Shown here in pieces: positions 1-11,420 of a stretch of 64,000 nucleotides of DNA (within the stretch, counting starts at the first letter, position 1; each line of letters opens with the position of its first letter). Under the pieces are notes generated by a model. That model was given only the letters and a program-made list of their open reading frames with translations. It made no database searches and had not been told where the DNA came from. The position numbers and the translations under genes were made by a program. This DNA is from Takakia lepidozioides (Eukaryota > Plantae > Bryophyta). The stretch is taken from the NCBI GenBank assembly GCA_030704615.1, contig CM060734.1, positions 51,894,001-51,958,000 of the forward strand. The letters run 5' to 3'.

Positions 1-5
1 TGCAG

Positions 6-779
6 GTAAGTTGTTTCCCAAGGGCTGGAAGGTATTGGTGTTCCTGCGCACCTTCCACTTGAACCCAAAGCTGTGGCCTAATCCTCTCAAGTTCGACCCC
101 TCCCGCTTCCAGGTAGCAATTTCACTTCCAGTTCTACCCCTCTTTTATAGACCAGATGGTAGGGATCTACACGGTTGATCTCATTCGACTCAAATATGGA
201 TCTATAGCGAGGTTTCATTACTGCAGTCTAAGCAGTTGTACATGGCACACACTCTGCCGATTCTAGGTGGCGCCAGCACCAGGCACCTTCATGCCGTTCG
301 GGAATGGCTCCCATCACTGCCCAGGAAATGAGCTAGCCAAATTGACCGCCTCAGTATACATTCATCACCTTGTCACGAAATACAGGTATGTCGTCGATCC
401 GTTAGCCTAATTAAGAGATCTTGCATCTTCTGTCGGATTTGAAATCAGCTCTAGCAAATTTACTACTGCTGTAGACGAATCTAGTTCACTGCTGAGACTG
501 CTAAGATGTCTGAGTTCCCTAATTGTCAATGAGTGGAACAGCATGACACCTAGCAGCATCATGCAGCGTTTGTGACGAGTGATTATAATACAACTAGAGT
601 GATTTCTAAGTAAATTAGTTGTCAGCACAAATCAGTTTATAATCTGATTCCCACATGCTGGGTGGGCTTTTGTGAAATTTTGCAGCTGGGAACTCGCTGG
701 ACCCGACAAAGGCATTTCATTCTGGCCGTTTCCCAAGCCCATCGGAGGATTGCCACTCATTATCAATAAAGTCCACTAA
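6..779 (+). CDS. Cytochrome P450, CYP85 clan (CYP707/ABA 8'-hydroxylase-like), last three exons (6-112, 267-385, 686-779)
   Basis: Spliced translation gives PKGWKVL..FDPSRF (PERF motif), heme motif FMPFGNGSHHCPGNELAKL and a C-terminus ending TAA at 777-779; GT-AG junctions keep frame. Family within the clan is uncertain. Confidence 0.85.
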
Positions 780-1037
780 TCAGATGACGTGTGTACATGC
801 CTACATCACTGGATCCATAGTGCCACTGTTGGCTCAAGACCGCTGTCGATTACCTTCTGCAGGCCTTTATAAGCAGCTCATGGTACGATAGTTAGTTATA
901 GTTAACCTAACTCTGATCTTTGCCAGCTGATACATCCCGATGAGATGGGGACAAGACATTTAAGCGCGCACCTCGACTTACCACCTGGACCACTTGTTTC
1001 GATATGTGACTCTCACGCAGTGTAAGGGTGTAGCTTC

Positions 1038-1392
1038 TGTTGGAGGTGTCAAGGCTATAGCCCTTGCATGACACTTTGAGAATAGAAGGGGACGGGTAGC
1101 TCAATGGTAGAGCACCCCACTGAAATGGGAGAGGCCCTAGGTTCAATCCCTAGCCCGACCGCACGCCAGTGGTTTTCCATCATGGTATTAGAGCAAAAGT
1201 TGGGGCGGTGGGCATTAGCATAAGGGCTACTATGCCTTGAGGGGGAGTGTTGGAGGTGTCAAGGCTATAGCCCTTGCACGACACTACAAGAACAGAATGG
1301 GACGGGTAGCTCAGTGGTAGAGCACCCCACCGGAATGGGGGAGGTCCTAGGTTCAATCCCTAGCCCGACCACATGCCAGTGGTTTTCCAACA
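1038..1392 (+). mobile_element. TRIM (miniature non-autonomous LTR retrotransposon) with tRNA-derived LTRs
   Basis: Two 145-bp TG..CA LTRs (1038-1182, 1248-1392), PBS TGGTATTAGAGC (1183-1194, tRNA-iMet type), PPT GAGGGGGAG (1239-1247), 5-bp TSD GCTTC (1033-1037, 1393-1397). Confidence 0.95.
1300..1371 (+). other. tRNA-like cloverleaf (Pol III A/B boxes) inside the 3' LTR; second copy at 1090-1161
   Basis: TAGCTCAGTGGTAGAGC (D arm/A box), CCCCA/TGGGG stem with 6-nt loop, CTAGGTTCAATCCCTAG (T arm/B box), acceptor GGACGGG/CCCGACC. Confidence 0.85.
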
Positions 1393-1655
1393 GCTTCATG
1401 TTATGTGAGTTAGCTGAGTGTGCAGAGATACAACAGATTACTTTGTTTGCTCAATACAATTCAAGCTTGTTCATTACTTCTTTCTTGTGTATGTCTCATT
1501 GCATGATTGTGATGAGTATGTGATCTAAGACTTACCACTGGAAGCAGATTAGCAGAACTCAGTTGAAAAGTTAGGACACTGACCAATCCCATACCAACCG
1601 AAGGGGTATTTTTAATCAATCCCAATATGGATGTGGCTTGATTTTATTGCAAACG

Positions 1656-3117
1656 TGTGAGATGACGTGTACGGCCCGCGAGGTACAGCCGGGAACCCCG
1701 CTCCGCCAGCCTTGTCAGCGAGCTGGACGCCCCATGTCAAATCATCCCCACCCCCCTTGACCCCTCCGCCCGCTGCCCCGCCCCTGCCCGCCCGTTGCTC
1801 CCCGTGCCCCCCTCACCCCCCCCCCCACGCCCGCCCCCGCCTGGGACCCCTTACCCCCGCCCCACCACTGGCCACGCGGCACCCCACAACACCGCCCGAT
1901 CTCCAGCCACGTGGCGCTCCCCCGAACCGTCAATCCCCTCCCCATCCATCCAACCTCAATTAAATGGATGACGGCCGGATGAAGGCCCCATGACGCGTCC
2001 ATTGCCACGTGGCGCTCCCACCGCCGTCGATACCCTCCTCCCATCCACAGCGCGCTCCCCCGACGTGCCTTGATCCCCCTTCCAGACCGGAAGTGATCCC
2101 CCAACCCTAAGCGCCGCCACGTGCGGCTCCCTCGGACCGTCGATCCCCTGCGCATCCATCCAACCTGACAAACAATGGATGATGTGTGTCATCCGCCCCT
2201 CATCCCCCACCATCCTCCTGCGCAGGGATGGAGGACGGCTGGATGAAGACCCGATGACACTGACAGGCCACGTGCCGCTCCATCCGCCGTCGATCCCCTA
2301 TTCCCATCGACGGCCTGATCCCCGTGACGTCGCCGCTCCCCCGACGTGCCTTGATCCCCCAACCCTAAAACCGCGCCATATCGCGGCCCTTTGCCTTGAG
2401 GGCAAGGGGTCGGGACACGAGAGGGGCTGCCCCTGTGGTGGGGGCAGTGGCAACAATAGGTACGGGGGCTAAAGCACCCTTGAGTGCCCAAGGCACTCAA
2501 GGAGGCGGAGGCGCTCACTATGTGGAGCCCCGCACACCGGGTTGCGGTGGGGGTGGTTCCACGAGGGGTGGTGGTAGCTTAGTGAGTCTTAGTGGGGGTG
2601 GCATAGGACTCACCATGGGGTGGAAACCTTGTGGTGGGAGTCGTGGGGAGTCTTGGGACTTATCACGGTCCAATGGGGCCGTGGTGGGTGGACCAAGACT
2701 CACCGCGACTCATCACCGGGAATCGAAGGTTTTCGTGGTGGTTCGTCATAAAATGACTGGGTTGTTTGTGAAACCCCCGCGGACAGTCACAAAAGTATAT
2801 ATAGGGAGTAGTAACCCCGAGAACGGTGCAAGCCCGTTGGTGACCAAAAACTAGTGAGTAAGCGTGCGAGCCGAAAATCGACCAAGGTGTGGGGATCTGT
2901 TCCGGACTGCCAACGACCAAAGGGAATTTTCCACTAGGCCCAAATTGAGAGAGGGTCTTGTGGAGGAGCAAAGGGGACCGTTATGTCCCGGTGAGCAGCC
3001 GAAGCTCCGAGTTGGTCCGGCGGCCAGTTTGGGAGTTAGACGCGCGCATCAAAGCGAGTAACTATAACTTGAAGGGGAGCTTACCGAAGTGAGGTGCGCG
3101 ACACTTGGTATCAGAGC
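1656..3117 (+). mobile_element. 5' LTR plus PBS of a conventional Ty3/Gypsy element
   Basis: GC-rich segment with internal subrepeats ending ...GCGACA (3103), followed by PBS TGGTATCAGAGC (3106-3117) and RT; left boundary approximate. Confidence 0.65.
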
Positions 3118-3195
3118 TTAGAGTTCAACACGCGATCGTCCTTGAGATCGGCCTCATCATGGGGTCGAGCAAGACAAAGCGAAAGCGTAAGATAA

Positions 3196-3880
3196 GTGGA
3201 AGGAGAAGTCGATAAAGATCCGAGCCCAGATTGGATCAAGGGGATCTTGGAGAAATACCAGGATGTGATGCCGGAGGATTTACCAAACGGTTTGCCACCA
3301 CGAAGAGGAGTTGACCACAAGATAGAGGTAATATCGGGATCGGAGCCGCCTGCCAAGGCGCCCTACCGGTTGAGCCACAAATAGTTGGTCGAGCTGAAGA
3401 GTTCAAGGATCTAATGTCAAAAGGGTACATCCAGCCGAATAAGTCACCTTACGGAGCCCTGGTGTTATTCGCAGACAAAAAGAATGGGACGCTGCAGATG
3501 TGTGTCGATTACAAGGCTCTGAATAAGGTGACTATAAAAAACCGGTACCCTTTGCCAAGGATCAACGACCTCTTTGATCGATTGGCAGGAGCGAAGCATT
3601 TCAGCCGCATCGATTTGCGCTCAGGCTACCATCAAATCCGAGTGGCGGAAGGAGATGAAGAGAAGACCGCGTGTAGGACAAGATATGGTTCATACAAGTT
3701 CTTGGTGATGCCTTTTGGGCTCACCAACGCACTCGCGACCTTTAGCACGTTAATGAACAGTCTTTTCCAGGAGTGGTTGGATGACTTTGTGATCGTGTAC
3801 ATCCATGATATCTTGGTGTAGTCGAAAACAAAAGAAGAGCACCTGGAGACCTAAAAAGGGTGTTCCAGAAATTGAAGGAC
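3196..3880 (+). pseudogene. Ty3/Gypsy (chromovirus-like) reverse transcriptase fragment; gag and protease deleted
   Basis: [50 protein letters not shown], decayed YIHD; stops and frameshifts. Confidence 0.9.
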
Positions 3881-4343
3881 TATGTGCGTAATGCGCGCCA
3901 TGTCACCTTCTGAATGTCGATGGCAGGATTGACCCAAAGCTAACAGTGGTACCTGCAAGTTTGAGGTGCATGTTGTGTGGGTCTGCTAGAGGGGCAGCCA
4001 CCATGCTGGTGTGTGATCGATGCTCTAGAGGTTGGCATATGAGATGCTTGACTCCACCTCTTGAGATGGTTCCCGATGGGTTGGTTATGTCCGCATTGCA
4101 TTGGATAGTGGGAATGGATACAACCATGGAAGGCTAACAAAAAATGCAAGGCCAAGCTACTAGGAGACCAACACACGAGATCCTGGCTCAAGTTCACAGA
4201 TTGCAAGAGGGCGACTAACGATGGGGCTACTCTTGTACCCAACCTCTTGGTCTATAGAGTTTGAGTACAATAGGGACAGTGATAGAGGACTTAGTACGGC
4301 TGTGGCTATTACATCTTATAGGTATCTGGAGTTAGATGGACTT
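3881..4343 (+). mobile_element. 3' part (integrase C-terminus, PHD, 3' UTR) of a plus-strand relative of the DNMT-Gypsy family; continues at 13186
   Basis: CMLCGSARGAATMLVCDRCSRGWHMRCLTPPL; homologous in inverted orientation to 4545-5027. Confidence 0.85.
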
Positions 4344-4791
4344 TGTCGTGCGCATACATATCACTACACAACTTCATCGCTGTCCAAAACCACACAACAC
4401 ATGTGCACACCACACACTAGTATACCACTAGTCCACCACTAGTCCAACCACTAGTCCAATCACTAGGCTACAACTAGTCAGTCACTAGGCTGCCACTATG
4501 CTGCCCACTATGGCAGTCACTAGTCCACACAATCGCCCCCCTAGCTGGTGCTTAGGTCCCTCTAAGTCCAGGTAGCCACAAGATGTGATAGTGACCATAG
4601 CCTCACTAAGTCCTCCACCACTATCCCTACTACACTCAAACTTGATAGATCAAGAGGCCGGGTGCAAGAGTTGCCCCATCGTTAGTCGCCGTCTTGCAAC
4701 CTGTGAACTTGAGCTTGGGATCTTGTGTATTGACTCCTATGAGCTTGGCCTCCCATGTCTTGTTACCTGCCTCCAGTCATGTCCACTGCCA

Positions 4792-5110
4792 CTATCCCAA
4801 GCAGTGTGGACACAACCAATCTCCGTCAGGAACCTTCTCAAGAGGTGGTGTCAAGCATCCCATATGCCAACCCCTTGAGCATCGATCACACACCAGCATG
4901 GTGGCTGCCCCTTTGGCAGACCCACAGAGCATGCACCTCAAACCTGCAGGTACCACTGCCAAGTTTGGGTCAACTCTGCCATCGACATTGGGAAGGTGAC
5001 ATGGCGCACAATTACGCACATGGTCCTTCCAAGTCATGCCATCCCGACCCTCCAAGATCAGGACCCTTGAGGGCAACACCTCTCGAACCCTCAAAATAAC
5101 ATTACTGCCT
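4792..5110 (-). pseudogene. Integrase C-terminal region plus PHD finger (C4HC3)
   Basis: ILRVREVLPSRVLILEGRDG..WKDHVRNCAPC followed by CMLC..MLVCDRC.RGWHMGCLTPPLEKVPDGDWLCPHC. Confidence 0.85.
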
Positions 5111-5339
5111 TGCTCTTCAATTGCAGTGGTTTCTGTTTCAAACACTCTCATCTCCTTTCTTTCCCGAGTATCAAGTATGCAAGAATCAAGAATTATTTGA
5201 GCAATGATTGGACCAGACACAATGATCGGAGACTTTGCAGTAGTGCCCTGTAACCTCTTCATCTCGTCCACCAATCCGTTGTACATTAACTCCGCCCAAG
5301 CGACATCCTCTCCCCTCAAAGCTTTCAGGAATCCCCTCC

Positions 5340-6110
5340 CGCTTGAACCTCTTGGCTCCGATCCCTCTCCCTGGCAGTCATAGTGGCTTCCATGTCTCCC
5401 ATGCGGAGGTAGTCCAACACAGCCAAATCCTCATGTATATCTCTGGCACCACATGGCTCATCACTAGCCTCAGGGTCCTCAGACACTGCGTCTACAGTCA
5501 TCCCTGTTGTAGGTCCAACCTGACCTCCCGATGCCAAGATCCACAAAAAGAAAGATGCATGCCATCCCGGCACCATCTCCTCGTCCGTCTCACCATGCCA
5601 CCGAGCTCCAGTGTCATCCTGCTGGCTCGTGCATGGATTGCGACTCAATCCATCCGCATCCCAATTGACCAAACCCGGTCGGTGCACAACCTGAAAGTCA
5701 TACTCCTGGAATATGAGTGCCCACCGTGCAAGCTTCCCCGTAAGCTTGTCTGACTCCATCAATTTACAGGCCGGTAATCACCGCACATACGTCTCTCCAT
5801 CCAATTGCCATAGACATCCTTCTTGGCTAGCATCACTGTGGCTGAAGCATACTCTCCACCAGAGAGCTCCACCAAACCTGCCTCCCAGAGATCTTGAGTC
5901 CTCATCTGAATCAAAGACCTCTCCATGTCACTATATCTATAGGGTCTCCGAAAGATTGGCGTGTCAGTGGCCAACTCAATACAAATCTCTTGACTGTTCA
6001 GTGCTCCCAAGTCCTTCAAACTGAAAGCAAAGCAATTCCAGTAAGCCCTCAGGAACCGCCGTATACGTCGTCTCTCTCCTCCGGTGACAATGGGTCCAAT
6101 GTCAGGCTCC
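5340..6110 (-). pseudogene. RT N-terminus fused by deletion to the RNase H C-terminus/integrase linker
   Basis: PIFRRPYRYS..RRMCGDYRPVN joined directly to MESDKLTGKLARWALIFQEYDF; the missing part is present in the copy at 61381-63075. Confidence 0.85.
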
Positions 6111-6479
6111 CAATTGGCCTCCGTAACTGCAACCTTAAGTCCAGTGGGCTTAGAGGTAGAGGACGGGTCCAGTGGTTGCTATGTTGCAACCTCTTGAGCA
6201 GTACTCCCTACCTGCTCAGTCAGTGACAAGGCCTCATCCTGCTCCATCATCTCATCCTCAAGGACTTCCTCCACCCGAGAAAAATCCCCAACCTCATCCA
6301 TCACCGCCACCTTGGCTGCCAACTCCATCTGAACCTCGAGCACCTCCTACGTGTGCCATGGATGCCTACACCCCGTGGTCCTCACATGCTCGCCCCCACT
6401 CACTGCCTGTACCGTTTCGGTAGGCAGAGAGACCATCGAGGGAAGTGTACTCCGCACTCTACGTTGCTCAGCCATAGCC

Positions 6480-7430
6480 AAGCTGATAATCCAGGTCAAG
6501 CAATTGAGATCCATTGCTTGCCCCAACACCTGATGACATGATGCCTCAGAAAGAGACGACACGCCGTGGTACCAGTGGTAAAACCCATCGCCCGCTCACG
6601 CTCGTCAGCATTAGGCTCTACTAACTGTTGCAACTGAGCATCCCACAAGAGGCCAAGTCCACTATCCCGGAAAGCATGCGATCCTGGGAAGCTGAGCAGT
6701 GAGGGTAATGCTGCTCGTGGTTGACCCACCCTGCTGACCACTACCAAAGGCGAACGGTCATCGTGTCTCACACGCTGCGACTGCCTCCCTGTGTCCAAAA
6801 TGCTATCCACTGTGAGATATACTGGCCGCTGTACCCCATCAAATGCACGCTTGAGCAGTGCGAGTGGCATCAAGTTAGTCCACCATAGCCGTGGACGATG
6901 AGCCCGTGACCCCACTGTAGCTGTATCTAGCAACACTGCTGACCCAAGCCACGACCGGACTTGATGCACACTGGCCATCACCCTAGCCCGAGAATCGTCC
7001 AACAGTGGCACATTCTCCAAGATGTATGCTGGAGATACATCTTGATGAAGCTGCAAGTGGCGCAAAACCCGCACCATCTCCCAAAACAGACCCGACCTCG
7101 AGTCTCGCAATCCATTGCCATGCCCGACTGATGAATGCCCTTGGCAGGGCCAACCTACCACTACCAGATCAATGGAGCCAACCCGCTCCAAATCCTGCGC
7201 CCCCAACAACGAAATGTCTGCTAGCAAGGCCTACTGATATCCACGAACTGCAGACACCGGCAACAACTCAGGGTATTGCTGCACCAACTGAGCAACATGG
7301 CGAAGTGAAACGCGTCGTGCAGTCTCATCCCTCTCCACATACATGTAACACCTAACTCATACACCTGCCTATAACACAACAGCCAATCCGGTGCTGATCC
7401 CACCAAACAAGTCCAAAAGACAAATGCCTT
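6480..7430 (-). pseudogene. C5 cytosine DNA methyltransferase domain, DNMT3-like (frameshifted)
   Basis: Motif I LDLFGGI, IV GWPCQ, VI ENV, VIII AHRPRLWWTN, IX ERERAMGF, X HQVLGQAM, in non-permuted order. Confidence 0.9.
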
Positions 7431-7699
7431 CATCCGGATACTGCCACACAATAGGTATAATATCCAATGGTGACAACTGCAAATCCTTGCTCGTGCCCCA
7501 CAATGGAGTCTGAGCAACCATGGCATGCAACTCCGCCATACCATATATGTCATCCTACTCTCCCGGAGGTGACACATCCTCTGAATGAGCGTTGCCCTCT
7601 AGCAACTCTGCAAGCCAAGTCACTGCAGCTGTGAATGCTGCTAGTGTCGGCATCTTGCCCCGCTGGGCAACTGCAACTCCTCCTATGAACGTCATAGGG

Positions 7700-8110
7700 A
7701 GCTGCACACGCCGGCCCTCCCCTGACTGCCATCCAGGCCTATAGGAAGCTGACTCCTCCCAAAAATCCAGGGTGAAGCCCATGGGATACAACACTGCCCC
7801 ACCAACCAGGACATCGTACAAGACCGCGTCTGTCACAATGGCGTTGGCTCGCATCACTGAGCCATTTGTAGGGTGATCCGGCCATAGTCTGATAGTCAAC
7901 TCACGCCGTGTCATGCCCCGAGCCCGCTCCGATCCTCCAAGAGACGTCTGTATCTAGAAAGAACAAGGCTCCATATCCGCCTCCGTGAGGCCCAAGCCTG
8001 CAATAGCAGCTTTGCCCAGCATCAATGGCTGAGCTCCCGAGTCCAACAAGACCCGCAGTGGCCGGTACCTCTTGTCTGCCGGTCCACTCAAACAGAAAAT
8101 GTCATCCTGG
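7700..8110 (-). pseudogene. Retroviral-type aspartic protease
   Basis: VLLDSGAQ catalytic motif and YDVLVG C-terminal motif; TAG at 7954-7956. Confidence 0.85.
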
Positions 8111-8819
8111 TTGTCTAACATGACAATTCCAGGTGTCACCATGGCGCGCTCAATGGCTGGCCTAGCTGGCAGCTCCATCAACCTGGCAACTGCAGCTTGC
8201 CATGGCACCGCCGTGGTAGTCTTGACCCTCAAATCCGAGGATCCCTCCGGCACTACACCTCCCACTATCTCCGCAGAAGATGAAGTAACCTCCCCACTCT
8301 CACAGAGTGTAGTTGCCAGCCTAAACACCTCAACTGGTCTTACCCCCGGCGTCGCAATCATGGTAGCCGAGAACAATGGAGCCTGACACACAGATGTGGC
8401 CGCTCCCAGCAGTACACTAGCTGCCGTAGCCTTGGCAACACTAGGTGACGGTGCTACCCGTGTAGCTCTCCCCAATGACATAGTAACCTCCGCCTCGGTA
8501 ACAGTCGGGCAAGAACTAGGTGCCATGGATGGCGTCGACACTGTCTCCGCCAATGTGAATGACTGAGGAAGCCTAGCCTGACGGCTTGCCTCCCTACGCT
8601 GTGGATCCAACTCCACCTCTGCACCTTGTGGCTCAGGAACTCATGCTCCTCCTCGAGTCACGGCTGCAGCAGACTCCACCTGCACTAGTGGTAGTGCTGC
8701 TCCGCACATGAATCCCATACCTCCCAAATCTCCTCCCTCAGGAGCAGGAGGTGGACCATCCGGCCTTGGAGCTGTTACCATCTGAGCTATAGCCATGGCA
8801 GCGAGCCTCTGCTCTAGCT

Positions 8820-10261
8820 GCTGAAGCTGGTTGGCCATGCCTTGGTCAACACCCTGACCTCCGCGTCCTTGGCCATGTTGAGCTTGCCCTTGGCCTGCAC
8901 CTCGTGCCTGGCCACCTCATCCTCTCTGGGCTGCTCCACCTCGCCCCCGGCCACCATTGTTCCCTTGGAACTGGCCTGGGCGCAACTCAGGGTGCAAACC
9001 ATAACACTGGGCCTCTCCATGCCCGTGCTTGCCACAATGCCCACACTGCAACTGTGCATGCGGTGCATGTGCCGGCCCTTTGCCTCCCTCTGGGAAATCC
9101 TTCTTGACATGGGGTCCTCCACATGTCCAACACACCACATCCGCCCGTTGTTGGCCAGCAAATGAAGGGAGAGACCCCTGCATCTGAGGTCCTCTCTGCC
9201 CTTCCCTGAGCTTCACCTGAGCCCCCTTGTTGCCTTGAGCATGTTGAGGTTGTGGTTGGCTAGGAGCACCACTACCCCGTGGTGTCTCCTTAGGAATCCC
9301 ACCATGACCACTCGTTCCTCCACCATGTTGAGCTCTATTCGCTTTGCCAGCAAAAACACATTTGCTAAGGTAGGTTGGGCCGCTTATAGGAGAGTTGCAT
9401 CCCGCACCCTTCTCCTCAGCGCCTTGTCCAATATCCCATACCAGAATTGGACTGCCTGAGCTTCCGTAACCCCTTGGGTTACATTTATCAAGCGCCTCAT
9501 GCGAGTGAAAGCCTCCCTCAAGCTCTCAGTAGCTTCCGTTGGAACTCTTGCAAGCTCCACAACTTCTCTATCCTCACCCCTTGGTAGTTCCCTCTCAACT
9601 CTTCGAAGAAATCCACAACAGGGTTGAAGGCAGGCACGGGTACTGGTGCTAGTGCGGTAGTGGCTTGGGTGGACGTCGTAGCTACGGTACCACCAGTCCT
9701 ACTAGTCCCACTGCTACTTGCTGAAGCTGCCGGTGCAGCGGCAAGTGTAGCCACTGCCCTCGTGACTCTAGTGCCCCTAGTGATGGAGACATAGTCGGGT
9801 GACCAGTACATCCTCCACTCCTCGATCTCAACCTCATGCGCCCGTCTGAACTCATGGTAATCATCCATAGGCGGCCCCTCAAGGTGCTAAAACAGCCCCT
9901 TCCATGCCATGAAAGGCGTAAATAGTTGTGGATTGCGCATTTGCTGCAAATCACACCAACTATCAAACTCTTGGATAAAATCATCCAACTGGATGGTGCC
10001 CACCGCCCCAGAGTACCTTCGTGGCCCCTTGGTAGTTCCATACATCTCCTCCATTAAGTCCCACAACAATGGCAAGGAAACAACTTGCACCGCCGGTATG
10101 AGTCCTCCTGATTCATAATCCGAATCAGAACCTTTCGTAGAAGACACAGGAGGTGAAGGTGGCCTAAACCGCACACCTCGTCTTGTGTACCCACTAGTAT
10201 CACTAGTGCTCGAACCGGCACTGTCCCCAGCAACTAGTGGCACCTCCGTGTTGACACTCAA
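8820..10261 (-). pseudogene. Gag with two zinc knuckles (first decayed in this copy)
   Basis: PRRYSG..LDDFIQEFDSWC, LQEFQRK..ESLREAF, CWTCGGPHVKKD(F; C in copy 2) and CGHCGKHGHGEAQC. Confidence 0.8.
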
Positions 10262-10989
10262 CCGGTCATGAACATGTCCCTAACCCCCTCTCCACAAGGT
10301 AACGGGGTAGAGAACCCGTTGTGGCTTATGGTTTGGAATACTAAGTTCCTAACATAGCCTACACCTGTACCTGCATCCACCGCAAGCACTCATATGGTTG
10401 GCTGGTCATCACCTCCAACCTCACCACAGGAGAAACAATGATGGTCTGGCTGGTCATCACCCCAGCCTCACCATCGACAACATGCTCTAGGACTGGCCAA
10501 TGATCAAATCCGGACCAATCACCTATAAAAACAAGCGCCCACACAAAACTAGCATGGCGCACAGTCAAGCATGCATGTATGGAGGGGATCCAAACACAAG
10601 AAATCAGAACGACAACTCCCCCACACCAAAAACAACTCCATGGTGTTGCTCCTGCAAGGACACCCCAGCCCAAACCCGGATTGACTCTTGCCTCCACCTA
10701 CGGAAAGGTCTTGGCCTAATGAGAGGGTGGAAACTACGAGGAAGAGAAGCTAAAGCAATGCCTAACTCCAGCATGCCCTCATCCCAACACTCTTTTTCTC
10801 ATCTCTTCCCTCACTTGCATGACCACGGGAATATCATGAAGATACTCCTCAAACCGCCCTCCACGAGCTTCAAAATTCGGCCTTCAAGACCACATGCCAG
10901 TCCTTAGGCAGTCCACCAGTCCTCCACGAGTCAGCACAGGCCGTCCACGAGTCAACACGGGCCACCACAGACCAGCACAAGCCCACACA

Positions 10990-11420
10990 GATCACTGGTC
11001 ACAGCTGTCACAGCCCCACATAGGCCACAGCCTGTCATAGCCCTACAAAGGTCATAGGGGTCAGAGCCCCAAAGGCCACAGCCTGTCACAGCCCCTCACA
11101 GCCCCTCACATCCCCACATGCTACATGGCACAGCCTGTCATAGCCCTACACAGGGGTCACAGCTCCAAAGGCCACAGCCTATCATAGCCCCTCACAGCCC
11201 ATCACAGCCCCACAGGCCACCTGGGGTCACAGCCCCAAAGGCCACAGCCTGTCACAGCCCCATAGGCCACAGGACACAGCCTGTCACAGCCCTTCACAGC
11301 CCCACAGGCCACAGGGCACAGCCTGTCACAGCCCCTCACAGCCCCACAGGCCATAGGGCACAACCTATCACAGCCCGCCACAACCCATCACAGCCTGTCA
11401 CAGCCCCATCCATGGCCAGT
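10990..11420. repeat. CACAGCC-based minisatellite in the 5' UTR of copy 1
   Basis: Reiterated CACAGCCTGTCACAGCCCC units. Confidence 0.9.

Noticed and set aside
1090-1371. Two functional tRNA genes
   Set aside because: 6-nt anticodon loop and acceptor mismatch, and both lie inside the LTRs of a TSD-flanked TRIM.
1667-2854. Pro/Gly-rich ORFs
   Set aside because: By-product of the GC-rich LTR sequence.
6480-7430. Bacterial restriction-modification methylase or contamination
   Set aside because: DNMT3-like motif VIII, in-frame fusion to a retro-protease in copy 2, and a plant intron-rich context.
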